The notes beneath the pieces are model-generated. The model worked only from the letters and a program-made list of their open reading frames with translations, searched no databases and had not been told where the DNA came from. A stretch of DNA of 64,000 nucleotides, from NCBI GenBank assembly GCA_964394895.1, contig CAYMZJ010000008.1:35240-99239 (forward strand), in the 5' to 3' direction. Shown here piece after piece: positions 39,523-48,335 of this stretch. The number at the start of each line of letters is the position of its first letter. Position 1 is the stretch's first letter. A program made the position numbers and the translations under genes. The DNA comes from an uncultured Phycisphaeraceae bacterium. Lineage in GTDB: Bacteria > Planctomycetota > Phycisphaerae > Phycisphaerales > UBA1924.

Positions 39523-41229
39523 CTATCGCCGTCGCGTCAGCCAGCGAAGCTCCCGCTGACCGGACACAACCGCCGTCAGAACAAATACCCCGCCGCCCAC
39601 ACCAACCGCCACCCCCAGCCGCCCCAGCGACCCAAGCCAGGTGCGCGGCAGGCTGACAAACTCCCCCGCAAGAAACACCGAAACCGCCATCACAAGCGTC
39701 GAGCCCAGCGTGAGGATCATCGCGTTGAGGGTGGCCCGGTCGAGCGCCGGCTGGTGGGTGAGGCGCCGCGACGCCCGCGTGAGCAACACCAGCTGCAACA
39801 CCGCCGAGATGCTCGTCGACCACGCCAGCCCTGCTTCGCCCAGCTTCCAGATAAAGAGCGCATTGCACGCAAGATTGACCGCGACCATCCACAGCGCGAT
39901 CCGCATCGGCGTGCGGGTGTCCCCCGCCGCATAAAACGCCCGCGTCGCGACGTGGTTCAGCGAATACGCCCACACCGCCGGCGCATATCCAAGCAACACC
40001 GCCGCTGCACGCGCCGTGCCTTCGTCAGAGAACGCGCTGCCCCCGCCGCCGTACATGACTGTGGTCAGGTCGCTGCGCACCAGCACAAGCCCCACACTCG
40101 CCGGCACACCGATAAAGAACGACAGCCGCAGCCCCCGGCGGAGCGTCGCAAGAAACTGCGCAGGCTCCCGCGAGTGCCGCGCCAGCAACGGGAAAATCGC
40201 TGTCGCCACCGCGATCCCGAACACCCCAAGCGGGAACTGGTACAGCCGTTGCGTGAACGCCAGAATCGCGTTGGAACTGGTATCGAGCGGATACCCAACA
40301 CCAAGAATCGTCGGCCCCACCCACACCGGCCACATCGCGATCACCGTGTCGAGAAACGCATTGACCTGGATCGTGCCCATCCCGATGACGACGGGAAGAA
40401 ACCGCCCCAGCAACCGACGCATCGGGGCGGTCGCCAGCCCAAACCCGCGCCTCCACCGCACGACATGCCGCAACGCAAACAACGCCCACGCGACCTGCAA
40501 CACCCCAGCAACAACCGCCGCCGCGCCGATCCAGTACGCCGCGCCCACCCGATCGGGCGCCTCGGTAAAGAGGAACGGCAGCGCCACCGCGATCACCAGC
40601 ACGTTGAGGATGATCGGTGCCGCAGCCGTCGGCCCGAAACGGCCGTGCGTCTGCAACACCCCGCCGAGAATCGCCGCGACACAAACCAAAGGCATGAACG
40701 GCAACATCACCATGATGAGCCGGAACGAGAGGTCGCGGTCAGCGTCACCCTCGCCCCAAAACACCAGCAGCAACAGAAGCACCACTTCACCCAGCACCAA
40801 CAGCACGCCGGTGACCAGCGCCAGCACCGAGATCGTGAGCGACGCGAACTGGTCCGCTGCCGCGCTGTTCTCGCCGCCCTCCACAGCCCCGGCCCGCAGC
40901 TGCGCGTATTCCGGGATGAACGCCGCCGCCAACGCCCCCTCGCCGAACAATCGGCGAAAGAGGTTGGGAATCGCCCACGCCGCCATGAACGCCGACCCGA
41001 TGCTCGAATCCCCGAACAACCGGGCAAGGATCAGGTCCCGCCCGAGCCCGGCAAACCGCGACACCAGCGTCAGCCCACTGACAGTCCGCACCGCCGCCGC
41101 CAACGGCTGCGCTGCGGCGTCCGCCTCGGCATCGCCGGGCTGGTCGGGGGTCGAGGGTTGCTCGTCCGTGAGCTCGTGCACAAGAGAGAGCGTACCCGCA
41201 CTACGCCGCCCGCGCATACGCTCCCCCAT
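39523..41229 (-). CDS. murJ: Lipid II flippase MurJ (MviN)
   Basis: MurJ/MviN N-terminal pattern LILARLFGDSSIGSAFMAAWAIPNLFRRLFGEGALAAAFIP, ~14 TM helices; start trimmed to MGERMRG. Confidence 0.85.
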   Translation of the reverse strand: MGERMRGRRSAGTLSLVHELTDEQPSTPDQPGDAEADAAAQPLAAAVRTVSGLTLVSRFAGLGRDLILARLFGDSSIGSAFMAAWAIPNLFRRLFGEGALAAAFIPEYAQLRAGAVEGGENSAAADQFASLTISVLALVTGVLLVLGEVVLLLLLVFWGEGDADRDLSFRLIMVMLPFMPLVCVAAILGGVLQTHGRFGPTAAAPIILNVLVIAVALPFLFTEAPDRVGAAYWIGAAAVVAGVLQVAWALFALRHVVRWRRGFGLATAPMRRLLGRFLPVVIGMGTIQVNAFLDTVIAMWPVWVGPTILGVGYPLDTSSNAILAFTQRLYQFPLGVFGIAVATAIFPLLARHSREPAQFLATLRRGLRLSFFIGVPASVGLVLVRSDLTTVMYGGGGSAFSDEGTARAAAVLLGYAPAVWAYSLNHVATRAFYAAGDTRTPMRIALWMVAVNLACNALFIWKLGEAGLAWSTSISAVLQLVLLTRASRRLTHQPALDRATLNAMILTLGSTLVMAVSVFLAGEFVSLPRTWLGSLGRLGVAVGVGGGVFVLTAVVSGQRELRWLTRRR

Positions 41230-41836
41230 GGCGATCCAACGTCTCGGCCACCGCGTCTTCGTGATCTGCTTTTTCGCCGCACCCCTGGTGGTGCTGGTCG
41301 TCCTCGTCAAAGGCATCTTGGTCGCCTTTGAACGAGGGCCCGCGATGGTCGCCGAGCCCATCGGCGCAGGTGCCGGTCAAACCGGCGGCGCCAACGCCAT
41401 CGGCCAGCTCATCTTCGGCACCGGCGACCCCGACCGACGAATCCCCGCCGAAAGAGCCCCGCGAGGCGTCGAACTCGTCGTCCGCGACGGAACCGGACTT
41501 GCAACACCAGACCTCCCCATCCTCCTGCTCACCAACCACGACCGTTTCGACGTCGCCTCTGCCGTGCCTTTCGTTCTGCAAGACTCCGGCGAATGGCTGC
41601 TCCGGCTGCCGCCGTCCGAGAGCGAACCCGGGCAAAACCAAACACTCGCCTTCCGCATCGGGCTCCGCACCATCGACGGCCTTGTCATGCTCGAGCAAGG
41701 CTCCGACGGCCGCCCCGCCGGTGTCCGCCGCCTCCCACACGTCACCGAACAAGAAGCCGTCGGCGACTCGCCCCTCCGCTACCGATTCGTCGTCCGAAGC
41801 TTCGCCGAACCCGACCCAACCCAGGACCCGGGCTGA
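41228..41836 (+). CDS. Hypothetical secreted/membrane-anchored protein
   Basis: N-terminal hydrophobic segment, strong GC3 codon bias, no recognisable domain; start overlaps murJ start on opposite strand (CATG) so either start may be misplaced. Confidence 0.4.
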   Translation: MAIQRLGHRVFVICFFAAPLVVLVVLVKGILVAFERGPAMVAEPIGAGAGQTGGANAIGQLIFGTGDPDRRIPAERAPRGVELVVRDGTGLATPDLPILLLTNHDRFDVASAVPFVLQDSGEWLLRLPPSESEPGQNQTLAFRIGLRTIDGLVMLEQGSDGRPAGVRRLPHVTEQEAVGDSPLRYRFVVRSFAEPDPTQDPG

Positions 41837-41889
41837 ACGCGACCGCACACCACAGAAACCTCCGAACACCCAGAGGGACTGACTCGCTC

Positions 41890-42038
41890 TTGCTCCCTCC
41901 TCCCGCGCCCCAAGCGCGGGGATGGGCTTCTCCTGCTCCCCCTCCCGCGCCCCGCGGGAGGGGGCTGGGGGGAGGGTGCCTCTCTTCTCCTCCCCCTCCC
42001 CATGGGAGGGGGCTGGGGGCTGGGTGCCTTTGCCTCTG
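41890..42038. repeat. C-tract/G-tract hairpin tandem repeat, locus 2 (3 units)
   Basis: ...CCTGCTCCCCCTCCCGCGCCCCGCGGGAGGGGGCTGGGGGGAGGGTGCCTCTCTT CTCCTCCCCCTCCCCATGGGAGGGGGCTGGGGGCTGGGTGCCTTTGCC. Confidence 0.75.
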
Positions 42039-42104
42039 CTTCACACAACGATCAGCACAAGAATCCCAAACCACTCGCACCAGACATCCCAATACACTCC
42101 CACA

Positions 42105-42659
42105 ATGTTCCGGACACTCTTCAAACCCTGGCGTGCCCACACCGAGCTCGAAGGCCTCAGCGACACCGAATGCCGCGAAATGATCGAACGCAGATGGCGC
42201 CGCGAGGTCCCCCCGCTGCGCGCGATCACTACTGTCGCACTCGCAGCAGCACTGCTCTGGACCCCCGCCCTTATGTTCGCCCTCGTCGAGTTCACGCCCC
42301 TCACCCGCGACCCCACGCTCGACAAAGAGACGGTCTACGCCTCCCTCGTCGCAGTCTCGCTCGTCACAGGAATCGCCCTCGGCGTCGGGCTCCGCTGGTT
42401 CCTCGTCGAGACTGTCACCCGCCGGACCCTCCGTCGCATTATCGCCGGCGCCGTCTGCCCAAAGTGCAAACACTCACTCCGAGGCCTCCCCATCATCGAC
42501 GACGCAACCCGCCCCGAAGACCGCTCACGCATGCGCGTCCGCTGCCCCGAATGCGGCAAACCCGTCCGCCTCCTCAAGTACGGCTACAGCCCCGCAGACC
42601 TCGCGCCCTGGGAAGACCGCGTCCTGCCCAAGGGCTTTGCGGTGAAGATAAAGCGGTGA
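42105..42659 (+). CDS. Membrane protein with C-terminal zinc ribbon (paralog of 8389..9225)
   Basis: Two TM helices, CPKCKHSLRG...CPECG. Confidence 0.55.
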   Translation: MFRTLFKPWRAHTELEGLSDTECREMIERRWRREVPPLRAITTVALAAALLWTPALMFALVEFTPLTRDPTLDKETVYASLVAVSLVTGIALGVGLRWFLVETVTRRTLRRIIAGAVCPKCKHSLRGLPIIDDATRPEDRSRMRVRCPECGKPVRLLKYGYSPADLAPWEDRVLPKGFAVKIKR

Positions 42660-42674
42660 GCACCGGGCCGCGTT

Positions 42675-44003
42675 CTACCCCAAAACCGGCAGCTTCTTAT
42701 AACTCTTCTCCAGAATCGCCTTGCTGTCCGCGCTCAGCCAGTCCTCAAGAATCCCCGCGTACACACTCCGGAAGTCGATCTTATATTTCAGGTCGCCGTC
42801 GTCGAGGTCCGAGAGCGACGGGTGGTTGCCGATGACGCCGGGCCTGACCATCGGCCCGACCAGGAACATCGGCGCCGCCGTCCCGTGGTCGGTACCCCCC
42901 GAGGCATTCTGCGCGACCCGTCGCCCAAACTCGCTGAAGACCATCGTCATCACCCGGCTGTCGTTCTCGCTGGCCTTGAGGTCCTGATAGAACGCCCGCA
43001 TCGCCGTCGCGTAGGTCTGCAGCAGCTGAGCGTGCCGACCGTTCGACCCGCCCTGCCCGGCGTGGGTGTCAAACCCGCCCAGCGAGACGTAATACACCCG
43101 CGTCTTCAGCCCCGCCCGGATCATGCTCGCGACCATCGCCAGGTCGCGCCCCAGCGCGTTGCCCGGATACTGCGCCAGAGGCGCCTGCCGCACCGCCTTG
43201 CGGATCAGGTCGCTCGAGACCTGCGCATCGAGCGCCGTCCGCATAAGAAACCCAGCGGCCGAGTTCGCGTCAACACCCTCGCGCACGCCGCCGGTGGTGA
43301 TCGAGGTGTAAGGTTCAGCCAGCGACTCGTGTACGTCCTTGCCCGTCCATCGAAAGAGATCGGGCGTCTCAAACGACACCGGCTTGGCTTTGCGCCCCTG
43401 CATCGCCAGCGGCGCCTCGCGCCCGATCGCGATCGTGGGCTGACCGCTGACTTCGGGCGTGGGCGCCGAGCCGTCGGGCGAGCCCGACTCGCCCTTGCCG
43501 TAGCCGCAACACTCGGCATCCACGTACCGCCCGATCCACCCGTCGCCGGTGCCAGAAGTGTCAGCGGTGTGCCAGATATCCATGCTCTTAAAGTGCGAAC
43601 GGTTGGGGTTCGGATAGCCCACCCCCTGAATCACCGAGAGCATCCCGTCGTCATAGAGTTCTTGGAACGCCTGCAAGCCGGGGTGCAGCCCGACGTCGCT
43701 GTTCTTGCCGAGCCGCAGCACCCGGTCCGCGGGGATGCCGATCCCTTGGCGACGCCGGTAATAGTTATCATCGCGGAACGGCACAACATTATTCAGCCCG
43801 TCGTTGCCGCCTCCGAGTTGGAGCACAACCAGAATGCGGTCCTCGTCGACCCCGGGGATCGACCCCATCCCCTCAGCCGCCATCGGCAGCCCGAACGCCG
43901 AGCGCTGGATGAACGCCGGCAGCGCGACCGATGCCGACGCGAGCGTCAGCCCGGTCCCCAGAAAGTGTCGTCTTGTGTACGCGGTCGCGTTGTGCAGGTC
44001 CAT
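42675..44003 (-). CDS. DUF1501-family protein (sulfatase/phosphatase-like fold) with Tat signal
   Basis: Twin-arginine motif TRRHFLGTG, DUF1501 conserved blocks (GGxDxxN, DTHxxQ). Confidence 0.85.
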   Translation of the reverse strand: MDLHNATAYTRRHFLGTGLTLASASVALPAFIQRSAFGLPMAAEGMGSIPGVDEDRILVVLQLGGGNDGLNNVVPFRDDNYYRRRQGIGIPADRVLRLGKNSDVGLHPGLQAFQELYDDGMLSVIQGVGYPNPNRSHFKSMDIWHTADTSGTGDGWIGRYVDAECCGYGKGESGSPDGSAPTPEVSGQPTIAIGREAPLAMQGRKAKPVSFETPDLFRWTGKDVHESLAEPYTSITTGGVREGVDANSAAGFLMRTALDAQVSSDLIRKAVRQAPLAQYPGNALGRDLAMVASMIRAGLKTRVYYVSLGGFDTHAGQGGSNGRHAQLLQTYATAMRAFYQDLKASENDSRVMTMVFSEFGRRVAQNASGGTDHGTAAPMFLVGPMVRPGVIGNHPSLSDLDDGDLKYKIDFRSVYAGILEDWLSADSKAILEKSYKKLPVLG

Positions 44004-44102
44004 GGTGTTGCCTCGGGTCGATGGATTTAGGACAGGTCTCGTGGGCTTCTACCGTCTTCAGCTTGTCGGGGTTCAACTCGTCGGGGTTCAGGTCGTGGGG
44101 GG

Positions 44103-45659
44103 TCAGGTCAGTTGATATTCGGGCATCGCGGTAATCAGCAGCAGCAGCGCCGTGATCATATCGTCTGTCAGCTCCCCGCCGCTGCTCTGAGTAAGCCCGG
44201 CAAGTTCCGCGCGGGCCTTCTCCGGGGCGTGCCCGATCGTAAAGCGAAGAAGGTACTCGATCACCCGGGTCGGGTCTTTCGCAGCCGCCGGGTCCGCAGC
44301 CCGGAGCTGACCAAGCACAGCGCTGGGGTCAAACCGTTGCTCGTCGGCCAGCGCGTCGTACCCCCGAGGCGTCTTCCCCGTCAGCAGATACGCCAAAATG
44401 TTCTGCCGCACAAACAACGTCGAGGTGTTGATCCAGCTCCGCTCGCCGTCCCACCCCGCGACGCTCGGCGGAAAGAAAATGTTCTGCCCCATCAGCGACA
44501 ACGCATCGAGCAGGATGTTCAGGTCACGCACCGGCGTCCGCAGCGAACGGATCGAGCCGACGATCAGCTCGACCGGGCTCTTGATCCGCTGGTTCGCCAC
44601 CGCGTCAGAATAGAAGTGCTCGCTCAGAAACAGTTTCTTGAGCACCGGGCCGAGGCTGTACTTAGTCCGCCGCAGCAGGCTCGCCAACTCCCGGAGTGCT
44701 CCAGCCTGTTCGCGCTCGATCGTTCCGGACTCGGGCACGTCGGCCGCGAAAAACTTGTAGAGCTTCCGCGAGATGAAACTCGCGCACGCCGGCTGGGCGA
44801 GAATCGTGTCGACAAAGTCGTCCCCGTCCATGTTGCTCGCCCGGCCCAGGATCCGCTTGGCCCCGTTGTCGTGGTTCTTCTGCACAAACACGAACCGGTC
44901 GTCCTCGAACGTGTACCCCGTCAACGCCCGCGCACCCTCTTTGATGTCCTGCTCGGAATAGTTCCCGACACCCAGCCCGAACAGTTCCATCAGCTCCCGC
45001 GCCAGGTTCTCGTTCGGGTTGTTCTTGCGGCTGTCGTTGTTATCAAGATACTCCAGCATCGCCGGGTCGCGGATTACCTGGTGCATCAACACGCCGAAGT
45101 TCCCCACCGCGTGCGTGCGGTAGAGATGGTTCTGCGTGAACATGTGCGAGCTGTCCTCGATCGTCCGGTAGCTCGTCGCAAAGTGCCCGTGCCAGAACAG
45201 CGTCATCTTCTCTTCCAAAGGGCGCGGCGTCTCGATCAACCGCGTCAGCCACCACTGCTGAATCTCACGCATCTGCGTGCGGTCCGCAGCCTGCCGACGC
45301 TGACGATCAAGCCGCAGCCGCGCAAGCCCCTCCTCGTCGTTGGTCTGCCGCGCACGCCGATAGCGGGCCCGGGTCTCGTCGGTGGGCGGCCCCATGATCG
45401 AGCTCGAGAACGCCGCACCATCCACCGGGTACTTGGGCGCTTTCCGCAGATCAACCAGGTAATCAACCGCCCGCTCGGGCCCCCACTCGACCAGGGTCTG
45501 AATCTGCGCGGGAGTCCCCCCAAACCCCGCCCGAAGCAGCAGGTGCCGCGCCTGGTCATACCCGAACGATTCCCTGCGGATCGGGGTCAGTGCCGTCGAT
45601 GTCGTTGTCTCGGCTTCGGGCATGGTCGCCTCCTCGGGCTGTGTTCCCACCGGCGGCAC
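44103..45659 (-). CDS. DUF1800-family protein
   Basis: DUF1800 conserved blocks (HLLRRAGFG, WHGHFATS); canonical partner of DUF1501. Confidence 0.8.
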   Translation of the reverse strand: MPPVGTQPEEATMPEAETTTSTALTPIRRESFGYDQARHLLLRAGFGGTPAQIQTLVEWGPERAVDYLVDLRKAPKYPVDGAAFSSSIMGPPTDETRARYRRARQTNDEEGLARLRLDRQRRQAADRTQMREIQQWWLTRLIETPRPLEEKMTLFWHGHFATSYRTIEDSSHMFTQNHLYRTHAVGNFGVLMHQVIRDPAMLEYLDNNDSRKNNPNENLARELMELFGLGVGNYSEQDIKEGARALTGYTFEDDRFVFVQKNHDNGAKRILGRASNMDGDDFVDTILAQPACASFISRKLYKFFAADVPESGTIEREQAGALRELASLLRRTKYSLGPVLKKLFLSEHFYSDAVANQRIKSPVELIVGSIRSLRTPVRDLNILLDALSLMGQNIFFPPSVAGWDGERSWINTSTLFVRQNILAYLLTGKTPRGYDALADEQRFDPSAVLGQLRAADPAAAKDPTRVIEYLLRFTIGHAPEKARAELAGLTQSSGGELTDDMITALLLLITAMPEYQLT

Positions 45660-45879
45660 AACTCAATCCGCCCGGTCACAGAGCACAACGCGGCACCCGG
45701 CTCGGGATTGCCCGCGCCATCCGGCATCCACGCTGCAATGCAGTATGCATCGGATCGCCAGCCGATACCAGCGCAACGTCTCTCTAAAACGATTGGTGAT
45801 TTCGCGCCAAAGGTTGCAGCACCGAACACGGGTTCCTGCCCTGAACCGCCAGTCCGGCCCGCCAGTTCGGCCCGCCAGA

Positions 45880-47310
45880 TCAGGCTTCGCCCGACCGCGC
45901 AGCCCGGTGCAGACGCCGTGCCCACGCCCAACCAAGCATCACCAGCACCAGATAAATCGCGCCGTTGAACTGGTGGATCGTTGCGGTCACAGCCTCGGTA
46001 AGAGGCACCGCGGTCGCCCCCGCCAGCTCGTCGGCGGTTGGAATCCCCTCGCGGGTGTCCGCCGTCATCACACCCAGCAACGCCACCCACCCGAGCATGA
46101 ACTGCAACCCCACCACAACAAGCATCCCGATCCCGATCCCGCGAACACGACCCGCCACCGACATCACCTGCTCACGGTGCTCACGAGCGAACCGACTCAG
46201 CGCAGCCCCCGCCAGAATCGCGAACGTCACCACCACGAACGCCAGCCCGATATGCGTAAAAAGCACGTGCGACGCGCCCGGATTCCCATCCCGACGCAGG
46301 TGCCGGTAGATCGAACCAAGCACCAGCTGCAGCAGCGAAGTGTGCAACGCCGCCGTCGCCAGCAACCGCAACGGGCGAGTACGCAGCCCCGCCAGTGACG
46401 GCAGATTGCGGTACCGAGGAGACATCCACAGCGCCAGCGTCGCGGCAAACGCCATGACCACCTGGCCGAACGCCCCGTGCAACGCACCCAAAACCGGGCT
46501 GTTCTCCACCACCCGGTAGCCGCCGACCAGACCCTGAATCACCACCGCGATCAGAAGCCCCGTCGTCCACACCCCGAACCGCTTCCGCGCACTCGGACTC
46601 AGCACAACCACAAACCACAGCGTCAGCGTGGAGAAACCAGCGAGCGTCCCGAAAAGACGATGCGAATGCTCCAGGAAAATCCTTGGGTGCGATTGCAGCG
46701 ACTTCGGATACAAAAACATGTTCGCGCCAAACGTGTCCGGCCAGCCCCGAACCGCCATCCCGCTCTCGGTACTGGTGACCATCCCGCCCAGCAAAACCAA
46801 CGGCACAAACGAGGCCGCAACCACAACCGCCAGTCTCGAAAGCCAGGGGTTATCAAGGGTATCAGGCAGGCTCGGACGCCTGGAAGCAGCGCCAGCAAGG
46901 GCCGCCCCGCCCGCGCCCATCACGCCCCCGAGCACGACAAACCCAAGCCCAAACAGCCACGCCGTCGGCTTGAGAGGGGAAACCCCGTCGGCAAACAGCG
47001 CCGGGTCAGGCTGTTCAACAAGCGTCGAAGCGAACGCCATCAGGCTGACCAACGCCGTCAGCACCCCCGCGAGTGTCGCGACCGGGAGCCCCGGCCGCGC
47101 GAGCCTTGCCCCGAGCATCGTGAACGCAAGCCACGCCACAAGCACCGTCGGAACGACGACCGCCTGTGGCAGGTGCAACGCCGGCAGGCTCAGGCCAAAC
47201 CAGACCATCCACAACCCCACCGTCACCCCGAGGCCAAGGGTTAGCACCCGGGCGGGTTGAAGATCGAGTCCGGGCTTTCCGTGCGCTTCGACTGTGTTGT
47301 GCTTGGTCAT
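45880..47310 (-). CDS. ctaA: Heme A synthase (CtaA/COX15 family) with N-terminal membrane extension
   Basis: EHSHRLFG and HQ-containing helices typical of COX15/CtaA; divergent from actA. Confidence 0.7.
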   Translation of the reverse strand: MTKHNTVEAHGKPGLDLQPARVLTLGLGVTVGLWMVWFGLSLPALHLPQAVVVPTVLVAWLAFTMLGARLARPGLPVATLAGVLTALVSLMAFASTLVEQPDPALFADGVSPLKPTAWLFGLGFVVLGGVMGAGGAALAGAASRRPSLPDTLDNPWLSRLAVVVAASFVPLVLLGGMVTSTESGMAVRGWPDTFGANMFLYPKSLQSHPRIFLEHSHRLFGTLAGFSTLTLWFVVVLSPSARKRFGVWTTGLLIAVVIQGLVGGYRVVENSPVLGALHGAFGQVVMAFAATLALWMSPRYRNLPSLAGLRTRPLRLLATAALHTSLLQLVLGSIYRHLRRDGNPGASHVLFTHIGLAFVVVTFAILAGAALSRFAREHREQVMSVAGRVRGIGIGMLVVVGLQFMLGWVALLGVMTADTREGIPTADELAGATAVPLTEAVTATIHQFNGAIYLVLVMLGWAWARRLHRAARSGEA

Positions 47311-47578
47311 CTGGCCGATGGTATGCTCCGCGCGATGTGTCCTGTTGCCGGCGACGTGCAGAACCGGTGCGACACGGTCTCAATTTTGGTGCAGATTGTC
47401 CCGATGGGTTGACAGAGTCCATAGAGCGCGCGGACGGTTGTCTCCCTCGCGCCGCCGGGCGTATTCCGGCCGCGTGCAATATTCGTCGAATATCGCCCGT
47501 TTGCTGGCGCGAAATGCGTTTGATCGGCCTATCACCCCCCTTGCAGATGCACTGGGGAAGGAGCGCAGCGTGTCGTTG

Positions 47579-48265
47579 ATGTTCCCAAAATGGATGAACG
47601 CACTCCCGACATTGGGGGCGGTCGCGTCGATGGGCGGTGTACTCACCGTCATCGCCGGCTTCTGGTACTGGGCAACGCCCAACTTCTTTGAAGTCGGCTA
47701 CGAACCGATCCAGCCCGGCTCCGGCTTCAGCCACAAGGTCCACGCCGGAAAGCTCGGCATCGACTGCCGCTACTGCCACTCCAACGTCGAAAAATCGCCC
47801 GAAGCAAACATCCCCGCCGTCGATACCTGCTACGCCTGCCACGGACAGGGGAGGGTCAGCCCCGCACGGTCGACCGCCTCAGACGAAAAAGTCCAGTTCA
47901 TCCGTGATGCCTACGAAAGCGACGAGTCCATCGAGTGGCGACGCGTCCACAAGCTGCCCGACTACGTCCGAAACTTCCCGCACCATGTCCATGTCAAAGC
48001 CGGCGTCAGCTGCTTCAGCTGCCACGGCCAGATCATGTCCATGCCTGTGGTGCGCCAGGAAATGAGCCTCAGCATGAGCTGGTGCCTCGACTGCCACCGC
48101 CACCCCGAAGCCGCGCTGGTCCCGCAGGACAAGGTCACCGACCTCATCTGGGTGCAAGGCGAGCTCAAAGCACGCGGCGACGGCCACGGCACCGTCAACA
48201 CCTCGGACCTCCGCGACAAGCTCTGGGCCGCACCCCCGGTGGCGTGCGGCGCGTGCCACCAGTGA
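47579..48265 (+). CDS. actA: Alternative complex III subunit A (pentaheme cytochrome c)
   Basis: N-terminal TM, five CxxCH motifs (CRYCH, CYACH, CFSCH, CLDCH, CGACH). Confidence 0.85.
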   Translation: MFPKWMNALPTLGAVASMGGVLTVIAGFWYWATPNFFEVGYEPIQPGSGFSHKVHAGKLGIDCRYCHSNVEKSPEANIPAVDTCYACHGQGRVSPARSTASDEKVQFIRDAYESDESIEWRRVHKLPDYVRNFPHHVHVKAGVSCFSCHGQIMSMPVVRQEMSLSMSWCLDCHRHPEAALVPQDKVTDLIWVQGELKARGDGHGTVNTSDLRDKLWAAPPVACGACHQ

Positions 48266-48335
48266 TGTGCAACAGCCACTCCGCCCCGTTGGTGTCAGGA
48301 TTCTTCGCCAAGACAGAGCAGAAGCGAGAGCAAGC

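Noticed and set aside
39344-39973. N-terminal 210 codons of track ORF 38477-39973 fused to the SDR gene
   Set aside because: Passes through the three tandem hairpin units (translating as RGALCLPLLLA repeats) and overlaps murJ's 3' end. The Rossmann motif of the SDR lies just downstream of 39343, so the upstream part is read-through of non-coding repeat DNA.
40016-41228. Long plus-strand ORF (606 aa in track) antisense to murJ
   Set aside because: Runs antisense to a well-supported MurJ gene; only its 3' third (41228-41836) lies outside murJ and is kept as a possible gene. Long antisense ORFs are expected by chance at this GC content.
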